DNA of 64,000 nucleotides from Thermoproteota archaeon (GCA_027491415.1 JAOZFH010000025.1:1-64000), one strand, 5' to 3'. Numbered from the stretch's first letter, positions 8,873 to 18,222 are shown. Program-made: numbers and translations. Notes: generated by a model from the sequence alone, not told the origin.

Positions 8873-10066
8873 ATGGTGAGAAAAAGCTCTGGGGTCATTC
8901 TGACCCTCTTAGTGCTCACGGCGACTCTAGCGCTAGCTCAGACCCAGGTCGTGCGGGGGCAGCTCGTGACCATCACGGTCAGGCTCACGGATGAGGAAGG
9001 CGCTCCGATAGCCGGTGTGAAGGTTCACTTCCTGGACGAGACGGACGGGGTTGAGATAGGGGTCGACGTGACCGACTCCAGCGGCTACGCTAGCGTGACC
9101 TGGGACACCTCAACCGCGAGCCCTGGTGCCCACTCGATCCTGATCTGGACGGAGGAGGCCGACTACGTGGAATCGGCTCAAACCGGGGTGGGAGTAGTGA
9201 TCTTGGCTCCAGCCGAGCTCAGGCTCAGCGTCTCGGCGCCGGCCGCCGTGAAGCCGAGACAGGGCTTCCGAATCAGGGTTACTGTCATGAACGCAGGCGA
9301 GGCAGCGGCCCTAGACGTCGCGGTCTCGTTGAACGGGTCGACCAAGAGTGTCGGTGACCTGCCGGCGGGAGTCAGCTCGACCTTGGAGTTCTCCGCGGTC
9401 GCCCCAGCCAGGCCCGGGGAGTACAGTCTATCGCTACTGGCGAGCGGGACGGAGTGGGGCACCCAAAGACCCCTTTCAACGTCGCTCGAGGTTAACTACA
9501 GCGTCGAGTTCGGGGGAATTGCGCTGGAGATAAGGGCCCCCCCGTCCGTCAGGGAGGGGGAGTCGTTCAACTTCTCTCTGGCGTTAACCAATCTCGGGGG
9601 GAGGCCAATACCCCTCTCAATTCAGATCAACCTCTCTGGAGCCCAGCCCGAACGCATCGAGGACGCCCTTACCCTCGACCCCATGTCCAGCGTCACACGC
9701 GCCTACGCCGCCACGGCGGGCCGGGCGGATCGGGTTCGGGTGACGGCCCTCGCCCAGGGAGGGGGCTTGAGAGCAAGGGACGAAGTCGTTATCGAGGTCA
9801 CTTCTGCAGGATCACCCCATCGGCCCCCTGCCAATGGAGCGAACGCGACCGCGTCCTCTCGGCCGCCGACAAGTCCGCCGCCTCTTAGACGCTCGTCCTC
9901 CGCTTCCGGGAAGAGTGAGGCGGCGCTTGAGGTAAACGTAGCGGCCGAAACGCGCGCCAAGGAAGCCGCGCCGCTGCTGACCGGAGAAATCCCGGCGGCT
10001 GGATCCGCCCTCGCACTGGTCGTTTTAGTCGTTCTCAGGGGGATTTGGAGGGTGGAAGACCCGTAG
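8873..10066 (+). CDS. Secreted Ig/CARDB-like multidomain protein with Pro/Ser linker and C-terminal TM anchor (putative base)
   Basis: Signal peptide LALA|QTQVVRG; VMNAG and LTNLG CARDB-like motifs; C-terminal hydrophobic helix followed by Arg residues. Confidence 0.8.
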   Translation: MVRKSSGVILTLLVLTATLALAQTQVVRGQLVTITVRLTDEEGAPIAGVKVHFLDETDGVEIGVDVTDSSGYASVTWDTSTASPGAHSILIWTEEADYVESAQTGVGVVILAPAELRLSVSAPAAVKPRQGFRIRVTVMNAGEAAALDVAVSLNGSTKSVGDLPAGVSSTLEFSAVAPARPGEYSLSLLASGTEWGTQRPLSTSLEVNYSVEFGGIALEIRAPPSVREGESFNFSLALTNLGGRPIPLSIQINLSGAQPERIEDALTLDPMSSVTRAYAATAGRADRVRVTALAQGGGLRARDEVVIEVTSAGSPHRPPANGANATASSRPPTSPPPLRRSSSASGKSEAALEVNVAAETRAKEAAPLLTGEIPAAGSALALVVLVVLRGIWRVEDP

Positions 10067-10086
10067 AGACCCTAATTAAAAAAGAC

Positions 10087-11520
10087 TCAAGATCGGCTCG
10101 CCACGGTTTCAACGCCGTGTGAGGCGGCCGACCGCGGCTCTCCGAGGAGGCCGGTGAGCATCACCGCCTCCACCCCCTCCACGGCGGCCTCGTCGTAATA
10201 CACCACGTACCCTCCGCTCTCAAGGGGAGCCACGTCTCGAACTACGTAATGAACGAATCCAGAGTGGGCGAGAAAGTTCCTGATGTGGTCGAACGTAAAC
10301 CTCGCCGAGACGGCGTCCTCGAGCAGCCTCGCTGGCTTTGAGTTCTGGCGAGAAGCCACGAGGCGCTCTAACCACGCTCCGAGTTCTCTCTCGGGGTTCC
10401 GACCGAGGGCGCCCGGCCTGAGGAAATCCAGGGATCCCCCGGCCAGAAACCACAGCCGAAATAGCGGCGCCCCCCGCGGGAGCCGCCCGACCCTGCACTC
10501 CACGGCCTTCCTCTCCAGGAGGAAGCTGGCGAGGGTGGAGGGATCTGCGCCTCTTCTCGCTGGCGGAGCCTCGTCCAAGGTACCAGAGACCTCCGAGAGG
10601 AGTAAGTGGTACTGCAGGGCCATCCCCTTCTGCCTGTAGAGCGAGATTAGCTTGCCTATAAGGCCAGAGGGGAGTTCTCCAACCTGGCAGCCGGGGCCCG
10701 GGTTGAGAAGGCCGGAGGCCCTCCGAGCGAACTCACTCACCAGCTGGGGGATGACCTGAGAAGGCAGCTCCTTGATGCCATGCGCCTCACCCTCGACCTC
10801 TGCCCACTCCAGTAGCCTGAGTAGCCTGCACAGGTGGAGGTGAACAATCAGGGGGGATCCCAATGAGATTCCAAGGGAGATAAGCGCGACCTCCCTCAGC
10901 AGGTCCGCGGGGAGGCCTGACTGAAGGTTCTTCGCAGCCTCGATCAGCCTCACCCACAGGGAGGTGAGTTGGGGGTCTTCCAGTACCCTCGCTAGAGTCT
11001 CGGCTATCCTAGCTGTCTCCAAGACGCTCAAAGGTGGCGTATACAACTTCAATGATGTTGGAAGGCCGGGTCTTCGAGCGACCACGGTCAGTCTGCGGCC
11101 GGTCGTCAGGGAGTGCGCCAGCGACCCCAGGAGGGCGGACGAGGTCACCGGATCGAGTCCCCCCCAGGGGACGAGAAAGGTCACGGTCTCCGCCCCCTCG
11201 AGGGATGAAAGAGCGGAGACCGTTGCGGCGAACGCCCGCTCGCCGAGTTCCTCCGGGGTCAACCTCTCGGCGCCCTCCAGGGGCACCTCGACTATCCGGA
11301 GAGCCGAGTTGGAGGTGGCCACTCGGCTAAAGACCTCCCGTTCCGGCCCCGTCGGAATAAGCACCACCAGGATCGTCTCACCCTCAACGCTGGCGAGATT
11401 ATCGAGCCCGGAGAGGGCCCACTCCAGCGCCTCCAAGACCGAAGCTAGTCCACCCACTTCATTCGGAGGCGCGCACACGGGCAGCAGGGCGGCGGAGGGC
11501 AAATCGAGATTCACCCCCAA
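10087..11520 (-). CDS. Divergent Csx1/Csm6-like CARF-HEPN putative ribonuclease
   Basis: C-terminal IRNFLAHSGF matches the Csx1-type HEPN RxxxxH motif (10258-10281); Rossmann-like N-terminus. Confidence 0.65.
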   Translation of the reverse strand: MGVNLDLPSAALLPVCAPPNEVGGLASVLEALEWALSGLDNLASVEGETILVVLIPTGPEREVFSRVATSNSALRIVEVPLEGAERLTPEELGERAFAATVSALSSLEGAETVTFLVPWGGLDPVTSSALLGSLAHSLTTGRRLTVVARRPGLPTSLKLYTPPLSVLETARIAETLARVLEDPQLTSLWVRLIEAAKNLQSGLPADLLREVALISLGISLGSPLIVHLHLCRLLRLLEWAEVEGEAHGIKELPSQVIPQLVSEFARRASGLLNPGPGCQVGELPSGLIGKLISLYRQKGMALQYHLLLSEVSGTLDEAPPARRGADPSTLASFLLERKAVECRVGRLPRGAPLFRLWFLAGGSLDFLRPGALGRNPERELGAWLERLVASRQNSKPARLLEDAVSARFTFDHIRNFLAHSGFVHYVVRDVAPLESGGYVVYYDEAAVEGVEAVMLTGLLGEPRSAASHGVETVASRS

Positions 11521-12248
11521 TTGAGGACGGGTTCCCCCTGGCTACTCACCCTCCTCAGGGCCAGTATCCCCTCGAGAATGGCCCTTCCGAGGCCGGTTGC
11601 CTTCACGTCTCTGGCGGGGCCGATGTCGACCAGGCCCGCCCTAATCAGCCAGGCGGCCAGCTCTCCATCGACTCGGTCATATCTCCCGGAGAGGACTCTC
11701 TCAACACTCTCGAGGATGGTCGGAGGCACAGGAAGGATGGGGAGCTTGTGGACCTCGTGGTCATCTCTCTCGGGCCAGAAGATCTCCCTAAGGATGGGGT
11801 CCTCCACCTTGTCCTGGGAGGAGAGTGCCTTCCTCCACCTTTCGAGACTCCTCCCTGAAGCCTTCATCGATACCGCGTAGACGCCCTCAAGCGGAACCAG
11901 CTGGGCTATCGACGTCAGCAGGGCTGCCAGCTCAGGAGTTGAGCAGGATACCAGCACGCTCACTAGGTCAGGGTTGACGGCCCCCAGGGCCTCACAGATG
12001 ATCTCCAGCCACAATTCCGTCGGACCGCGGAGTTCTACTCCCTCGACCTCCACCCACCTGTACTTCTGGCTGAATGACCTCTCCAAGACCTGCCGGACCC
12101 AGTCATACCCGGGCGGGACCGCAAGCAGCACCATCTCCGGGGTCGACTCGCTCCTAGAGAGGTGCTCGTAAACCCTGGTGACGATCCACGGCTCGCCGCA
12201 GGCGGGAGATAAAAGCACTCTGGTGGCCCCTTTGGCCCGGAAGGGCAT
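11511..12248 (-). CDS. Divergent CARF (Csx14/NE0113-like) plus C-terminal wHTH protein
   Basis: VLLSP..G.PWIVT start, AQL...VYAV, KLPILP, and wHTH tail LIRAGLV...ATGLGR. Confidence 0.55.
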   Translation of the reverse strand: MPFRAKGATRVLLSPACGEPWIVTRVYEHLSRSESTPEMVLLAVPPGYDWVRQVLERSFSQKYRWVEVEGVELRGPTELWLEIICEALGAVNPDLVSVLVSCSTPELAALLTSIAQLVPLEGVYAVSMKASGRSLERWRKALSSQDKVEDPILREIFWPERDDHEVHKLPILPVPPTILESVERVLSGRYDRVDGELAAWLIRAGLVDIGPARDVKATGLGRAILEGILALRRVSSQGEPVLNWG

Positions 12249-12442
12249 CGCCTAGGCCTTTCAGAGGCGGGTCTTAATGGTGATGGGGGGAAATTTCCAA
12301 ATAAAACGTAAAAACAGAAAATTCGTCTTGTAAGAGCATTCAAACTAGCCTACGCCAGCACAAGGCCAGCTTACGTCAGGGGAGCCCTCTCGCTCATCAG
12401 CTTATTAAGGAAGTTGACCAAAAACTCATCCAGGAGCGTCCG

Positions 12443-12631
12443 GTGGCACAGGAGTTGGGATTCCGGGACCCTGCATGGCGACCACCTGAGAGCCTAGTAT
12501 CTATTCTCGGGGAAAGAATGTCATTGGACAAATCAGCAAAGCTCGACAGGATCTACTACAAGACCTGGGGGTTTCTGTTTGGCGTGAATCCAATGACGGC
12601 TAGCCAAAATTTGGAGGGGCGTAACAGATGA
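12443..12631 (+). CDS. Small hypothetical protein
   Basis: GGAG upstream; stop overlaps next start (ATGA). Confidence 0.45.
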   Translation: MAQELGFRDPAWRPPESLVSILGERMSLDKSAKLDRIYYKTWGFLFGVNPMTASQNLEGRNR

Positions 12632-14214
12632 TCGAACTGAGTGATGCCGACAATCTTGAGAAAGCTTTCGCGTTAGCCATCGAGAAGGCTTCTAATGAGA
12701 TGGATCTCTCGCCTGTTCGGCCTATCCCTCAAAAGATTGTGTTAGAGGACTTTCCAATCCTCAACGGCTACAGGGCCGGGGTTCTCGCCTCTAAAGATAA
12801 GCTCATATTAAGTTCAAGACTTAACGTAAAGAGATTAAGATCAGTAATAGCAAGAGAGGCGTTTAATTTGCTTATACCAGAGAATCTCGATCGGCTTAGG
12901 GTGATTTATGACCTCGCTTGGGCCTATTCTGGGGCAGAGCTCAGCTGGTGGAAAGAGTGCAGCCAGGTAATCTGGGACCCTCGATTCCCTCTATACAACG
13001 CACCTGAAGTGCTCTCCCCTCTACCAAGGAAGAGGCTGGTTATGGTCCTCCGGCGGATGCTCCACCTCTTGCGGGGGTTAAATGATGTCGGCCGTAGAGT
13101 CACGCTCGAAGAATACCTTTCCATATTTAGCGAGGCAGCCGGGCTTCTTGAGCCAGTTAGACTTTCCAAGGTTCAGATCAAGGTGATCGAGGAACTCGCT
13201 AGGAGCCCGTATCTCACACAAGGAGAGTTGGCCAGAAAGCTTGGATTCTCAAAATCCGCAGTATCAAAAGCTCTATCCAAGCTCACCGCTCTCGGAATAC
13301 TGAGTGGCCCTGAGAACGTTGTACTCGAGCGAATCGGACTGGCCGGACTCTTAGCCATTGTCCCGGACAGCCCGATAATGGAGAAAGCATTCGCCAAATT
13401 TCCATTCACTTATCGGATCTTAAGGCCCATATCGCGGGCTCTGCCATCATTTATCATATTAATTTTTCCCAACGAGGGCCTGACCAGTCTTAGGTTAGTT
13501 CTGAATTCTGGCAGGACCAAGCTCGCTAGGATGCTTAGATTAACGTTCACTCACAAGACTACATCCTTCAACCCGGACTCTGATGTCGAGAAAGCTCTCA
13601 GGCTACTCAGCGAAGGGATTGAGTTCAAAATCCGCGGAGAAAGGGAGGTCGTCGTTCCTAAACTCAATAGACACGATCTGATGATCGTAAATCGCGTTCT
13701 ACGGAAGGGTCGAGTTAGTGTGTCCGTAGTCAGGGCAATGGGAATACCTTCGGCGGAATCAAGGCTCCGAAGGCTCAGGGAGTTGGGCGTCCTAAGAAAG
13801 TTCTACACAGTTGGCGGATATCGACTCGGGAGGCCAATTTCAGTTATGATAAATTCTAAACAGGAAGACTTTCCGAGAATTTCTGCCGCCCTAGGCGCCA
13901 TGTCAACATCTCTATCCGTTTACGTTGAAGGAGACTTCAGTGGAGTTTGGGGCCTACTCCTTACCTCAGATCGCGACGTTCTCAAGCTAATTCAGTCATT
14001 GAGGCTGATCTTTGGGAACCAGTTAGAGAACGCTGCGCCGCTACTAGACTTCTCTCCCTCCTACTGGAGCATTCCGATAGACCTCTGGGACGAACGGGAC
14101 AACCGCTTCAGGTACGAGGCCGCTCTCGAGGAACTCGCCTCACAAATCTTACCCTATCACCCTGGAGACGCTGGAAGACCACCCGGCGACCAGCGCCCTG
14201 ATGAGGTCGACTGA
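12628..14214 (+). CDS. Large tandem wHTH / Lrp-AsnC-like regulator with a degenerate peptidase-like N-terminus
   Basis: HTH TQGELARKLGFSKSAVSKAL; second wHTH LNRHDL...RLRRLRELGVL; AREAF segment; low-GC codons. Confidence 0.7.
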   Translation: MIELSDADNLEKAFALAIEKASNEMDLSPVRPIPQKIVLEDFPILNGYRAGVLASKDKLILSSRLNVKRLRSVIAREAFNLLIPENLDRLRVIYDLAWAYSGAELSWWKECSQVIWDPRFPLYNAPEVLSPLPRKRLVMVLRRMLHLLRGLNDVGRRVTLEEYLSIFSEAAGLLEPVRLSKVQIKVIEELARSPYLTQGELARKLGFSKSAVSKALSKLTALGILSGPENVVLERIGLAGLLAIVPDSPIMEKAFAKFPFTYRILRPISRALPSFIILIFPNEGLTSLRLVLNSGRTKLARMLRLTFTHKTTSFNPDSDVEKALRLLSEGIEFKIRGEREVVVPKLNRHDLMIVNRVLRKGRVSVSVVRAMGIPSAESRLRRLRELGVLRKFYTVGGYRLGRPISVMINSKQEDFPRISAALGAMSTSLSVYVEGDFSGVWGLLLTSDRDVLKLIQSLRLIFGNQLENAAPLLDFSPSYWSIPIDLWDERDNRFRYEAALEELASQILPYHPGDAGRPPGDQRPDEVD

Positions 14215-15543
14215 GGTGTTCACCTCGTATATTACAACTCTCCTCCTCCCCGCACCCCTCCTCGGCACGCTCCTCTGGAGTAGCCACCCTGGGGGGCACT
14301 CTCCGCCCAAGAGGGAGTAGAGCTTGCTCTGAGAGATCGACGGTATCAGCCTGGCCAGTTCAGTGGCTGCCAACCCTCTGTGATCCTCCCTGGAGCCAAC
14401 GCTCCTTTTTACCCACCTGATGGCCTCCTCCTGAACCTTCCAGGGAAGGAGCAGGGAGAGAACCTCCACCCCGCGCTCCGGGTCTAGGCCCATGGAGTCG
14501 ACGGCGTGCTTCAGGGCCAGCAGGTCTATGACCGCGAAGCAGTCATCTCCCACCAGTCTGATCGGCTCTGCCACCCCCAGCGGAAGCCCAAGCCTGTACG
14601 CTAGGCTCTTGGCCTTAACGAGTGCCCTCATCTGCTCAGATGTGAGCAGGGACCTCAGTCTCATTAGGAGGGACTTGTAGTGGTCGTCTATCTTCAGGAC
14701 CTCGGCGACCCTGGAATAGGAGGCCATCAGGGGTCGCTCCCTGATGAGGAGCCCCGACCTCCAGAGGTCGGGCGACAGGTGGATTAGCGCTCGAAGGAGG
14801 CCGTCTCCCCCCATGGTCGCAGATGGGTTGGTGAAGGCAACCTCCTGGGCCAGCGCCACGTCGATAGCCAGCTCTAGGTAGGCCCTCATTCTCTTCCGTG
14901 CTCCCTTCCCGGCCCTCCCCGATCTGCCCAGCTGGAAGGTAAGGCCCATCGGGGTGAGAAAGTAGAAGTCTCCCGGCCTAATTCCCCAATCCCTCTTGGA
15001 TCTGGACTCCGCAAACCTCCTGCTGACCTCTCCCTTCATGAGGGGGGCGGACATGGAGTAAAGCAGCTCGGCCGGCAGATCCTCCAGGGGATCGCCCTCT
15101 ATCACGTTGACGAGGGCGTAGGGTCTCGAGAGCATGCCTTGCTCCCGGAGTTCTTCGTTTACGAGTAACTCGATCGACCTAGCCGCGCTCCTCCACGCCC
15201 GCACAAGGTCCTCGGCCTCCATTCTGGGTCCGCCGACGAGCCTCACCCTGACGGAGGTGAATCCCGAGGCGTACCGCCTTATCTCAAGGGTCGGCTTGTC
15301 TTGGAGCCTGAGATCCCTGACCGCCTCCCCTAGGGACGCGCTCCTCCTCTCGACCGAGTAGCCGAGGCATATATCCTCCCCGGCGACCCTTGAGACGCGG
15401 GCAGAGATTCTCCGGAGGAACCGGGGCCCTCTTGGACAGTCTGCCGAACCGGACCAGTCGACTGCGACCCTGGAGAGTGAGAAAGTCGCCCTCTCGATCA
15501 AGCCGCGGCCCCCCAGGTGGGGGGCCGGGCGGGCGGCCGACAT
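14149..15543 (-). CDS. Hypothetical protein, possible C-terminal wHTH
   Basis: Long ORF with host-like codon usage; GLAATELARLIPSISQSKLYSLL. Confidence 0.6.
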   Translation of the reverse strand: MSAARPAPHLGGRGLIERATFSLSRVAVDWSGSADCPRGPRFLRRISARVSRVAGEDICLGYSVERRSASLGEAVRDLRLQDKPTLEIRRYASGFTSVRVRLVGGPRMEAEDLVRAWRSAARSIELLVNEELREQGMLSRPYALVNVIEGDPLEDLPAELLYSMSAPLMKGEVSRRFAESRSKRDWGIRPGDFYFLTPMGLTFQLGRSGRAGKGARKRMRAYLELAIDVALAQEVAFTNPSATMGGDGLLRALIHLSPDLWRSGLLIRERPLMASYSRVAEVLKIDDHYKSLLMRLRSLLTSEQMRALVKAKSLAYRLGLPLGVAEPIRLVGDDCFAVIDLLALKHAVDSMGLDPERGVEVLSLLLPWKVQEEAIRWVKRSVGSREDHRGLAATELARLIPSISQSKLYSLLGGECPPGWLLQRSVPRRGAGRRRVVIYEVNTSVDLIRALVAGWSSSVSRVIG

Positions 15544-15642
15544 CGCGGCCCGGGGGCCTGTCAACCCGCCACCCGTCCGCCCGGCCCCGACTTAGTCACC
15601 TAACCTGTATAATAAAACCATCTGGGCCGCGCGTCTTGACCC

Positions 15643-16503
15643 TCACATGAACTCCTCGTAAAATCTCTTGATGTCCACCTTGAGTTCACGCCTGACGAGG
15701 GGCTCTCCCATCAGGTGGGGCATCTCGTCGAGGAGCGTGGGCTCCTCGGACCTGTAGAAGATCCCGATCGGGATCCTCTCCCCGTCGGTGAGCTCCTCCT
15801 CTCTGGCCTTCGCTAACGCCGCCTCCCAATCGCTTGGATCATGCCCAGAATCCTCCAGCCTATAGACCCTCTCCCTGTAGTAGGGGTAGGTGTTGTAGAA
15901 GGTGACGCACGGTTGGAGGACGTCTATGAAGGCGAACCCCCTGTGCCTGACTCCCTCCTTGAACAGGTAGGTCAAGTGTTCCACGTCGCCCGCGAATCCC
16001 CTGGCGACGAATGTCGCTCCGAGCGACAGAGCGAACGTGAGCGGATTCATTGGCTTCTCCGGCACGCCGAACGGGGTGGACCTGGTCTTCATTCCCTTCG
16101 GCGTGGTGGGCGTGTACTGTCCCGTTGTGAGCCCGAACACCTTGTTGTTGTGGACCACGTAGAGCAGGTCGACGTTCCTCCTGATCGCGTGCGGCAGGTG
16201 ACCGATCCCGATTGCGTAGGCGTCGCCGTCTCCAGCGAACCCCATGACCTCAAGTTCCGGGTTCGCGATCTTGATCCCGGTGGCCAGGGGTAGGACGCGC
16301 CCGTGAATCGTGTGGAAGCTGTTGACCGCCACGTAGTCCCCCATCTTGCCGTGGCACCCTATCCCCGTCACGACCACCACCCTCTCGGGCTCCAGCCCGA
16401 GCTCCGCTATGGTCCTCTTGAGGGCCATCAGGATGGCGAAGTTTCCGCACCCCGGACACCAGGTGTTCTTCTTGGCCGTTCCGAGCTCAGCCACGCTGAC
16501 CAC
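15643..16503 (-). CDS. korB: 2-oxoacid:ferredoxin oxidoreductase beta subunit
   Basis: WCPGCG, GIGC, HGR, GDGD...NN TPP motif, QPC. Confidence 0.95.
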   Translation of the reverse strand: MVSVAELGTAKKNTWCPGCGNFAILMALKRTIAELGLEPERVVVVTGIGCHGKMGDYVAVNSFHTIHGRVLPLATGIKIANPELEVMGFAGDGDAYAIGIGHLPHAIRRNVDLLYVVHNNKVFGLTTGQYTPTTPKGMKTRSTPFGVPEKPMNPLTFALSLGATFVARGFAGDVEHLTYLFKEGVRHRGFAFIDVLQPCVTFYNTYPYYRERVYRLEDSGHDPSDWEAALAKAREEELTDGERIPIGIFYRSEEPTLLDEMPHLMGEPLVRRELKVDIKRFYEEFM

Positions 16504-18222
16504 TCACATCACCTCCCTAACGCCCTCCAGGATGTCCTCTGGCGTGAAAGGCCTCCCGTCGTAGCGGAGCACTCGGTGATCCACCTGAATTCCCGTCTCC
16601 ATCCTGAGGAGCTTGGCAAGCTGCCCGGTGGCGTTCTGCTCCACGGTGATTATCCTCTCTGCCCCCCTGAGTTCCGCCACGATCTCCTCGGACGGGAACG
16701 GCCAGAGGTAGATCACCCTGACGGCCCTCACCTCGAGCCCCTCCCCCGCCAGCCTCTCCGTCGCTTCGTACACGGCGCCCCTGGTCGATCCCCAGTGGAG
16801 GAGCACCGTGTCGGCCCCGGGGTCGCCCCAGACCTCTAGGCTCTTCCCCCGGATGGCCTCAGAGATCTCGATCAGCTTCCTCAACCTCTTGTCCTGCATA
16901 CTCCTGGCGTTGTCAGGGTCTTCGCTGGCCCACCCTAGCTCGTTGTGCTCGGAGCTGTTCTGCTTAACGATCGCCCCGCGCGTACCTGGAAGGGCTCTCG
17001 GAGAGATTCCGTCCTCCGTGAAGAGGTACCTCTTGTACTCGCCGGGGCCTCTCCACTCGCTCTCGATGATCTTTCCCCTGTCTATCGTGACGGCTCCCAG
17101 GTCGAACGGCTCCACATCCGTGAAGCTCTCAGTGATGTGCTTGTCGATCAGGAGGATCACCGGGACCTGAAATCTCTCCGCCAGGTTGAAGGCCTCCGCG
17201 GTCAGGTAGAAGGTCTCCTCAACGTCACCCGGCGCGCTCACGATCCTCGGGAACTCGCCCTGAGAGGCGTGGATGGCGAAGAGTAGGTCCGCCTGAGAGG
17301 TGTAGGTTGGGAGGCCTGTGCTCGGGCCAGGCCTCTGGGCGAGGACAACGACGATGGGGGTTTCGGTGGCGCCGGCCTGCCCGAGCGCCTCGACCATGAG
17401 GGAGAACCCTCCCCCCGAGGTCCCCGTCATGGACCTGACCCCTGCGTAGGCGGCCCCGATGACCATGTTTATGGCCGCTATCTCGCTCTCCGCCTGAATC
17501 ACGCCTATATCCGCGTCTCGCTGGATCCTAGCCAGGTAGTGCAGGATCGGGGAGGCCGGGGTCATCGGATACGCCGCATAGAACTTCATACCGGCGGCCA
17601 CCGCCCCGAGGGCGCACGCCTCGGAGCCGCTCACCACGAGCTTCCCCTCGTCTCCCCTGACCTTCAGCTGGACCCCCAGGGTCTCAAAGTTCTCCTTTGC
17701 GTACTCATACCCTCTCTTAGCCGCCTTCTCATTTATCTCGTAGACCTCCTGCTTGAACTGCCTCTTAAAGACCTCGAGAAGAACGTCAAGTTCGTATCCG
17801 AGGAGGTAGACCATGGCCCCCAAGGCGGCCGAGTTCCTGACGATTAGCGGGCCCCCCACCTCCCGCGCCATGGTCCTGAGGGGCATCGGAAGCGGCTTGG
17901 CCGGCCCTATGACCTCAAGATCTTTGACGGAGTCTGAGTCGTAGAGGAGGGCGGAGCCGGTAGTCAGCTCGCCTGCGTGCCTCTCGATCGTGTCTTCGTT
18001 GAGGGCTATGAGCAGGTCGACCCCCCGGCGGGGGGCCCGAACGGGGCGAACGGACACCCTGACCAAGTGGTAGTTGTGCCCGCCGCGGATGAGGGACTGG
18101 TAGTCGAAGACCGAGAAGACGTGAAAGCCCCCCCGGACGAACGTCTTGTCCATCAGGAGGCCTGCCTGCCGGATTCCGTCTCCGGCCTCTCCCCCGATCA
18201 TCACGGTTAGATCTGGGCCCAT
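16504..18222 (-). CDS. korA: 2-oxoacid:ferredoxin oxidoreductase alpha subunit (gamma-alpha fusion)
   Basis: IGGEAGDG, YPMTP, ESEIAA, TSGGG, RPGPSTGLPT. Confidence 0.95.
   Translation of the reverse strand: MGPDLTVMIGGEAGDGIRQAGLLMDKTFVRGGFHVFSVFDYQSLIRGGHNYHLVRVSVRPVRAPRRGVDLLIALNEDTIERHAGELTTGSALLYDSDSVKDLEVIGPAKPLPMPLRTMAREVGGPLIVRNSAALGAMVYLLGYELDVLLEVFKRQFKQEVYEINEKAAKRGYEYAKENFETLGVQLKVRGDEGKLVVSGSEACALGAVAAGMKFYAAYPMTPASPILHYLARIQRDADIGVIQAESEIAAINMVIGAAYAGVRSMTGTSGGGFSLMVEALGQAGATETPIVVVLAQRPGPSTGLPTYTSQADLLFAIHASQGEFPRIVSAPGDVEETFYLTAEAFNLAERFQVPVILLIDKHITESFTDVEPFDLGAVTIDRGKIIESEWRGPGEYKRYLFTEDGISPRALPGTRGAIVKQNSSEHNELGWASEDPDNARSMQDKRLRKLIEISEAIRGKSLEVWGDPGADTVLLHWGSTRGAVYEATERLAGEGLEVRAVRVIYLWPFPSEEIVAELRGAERIITVEQNATGQLAKLLRMETGIQVDHRVLRYDGRPFTPEDILEGVREVM

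Noticed and set aside
7121-10066. One large adhesin split by frameshifts
   Set aside because: Each ORF has its own complete signal peptide inserted at the same structural point, so they are separate genes
7121-10066. Type IV pilin or archaellin operon
   Set aside because: No class III signal peptides and no assembly ATPase or TadC nearby
10067-15640. CRISPR array or cas operon near the CARF genes
   Set aside because: No regularly spaced repeats and no cas1/2/3/5/6/7/10 motifs seen anywhere in the window
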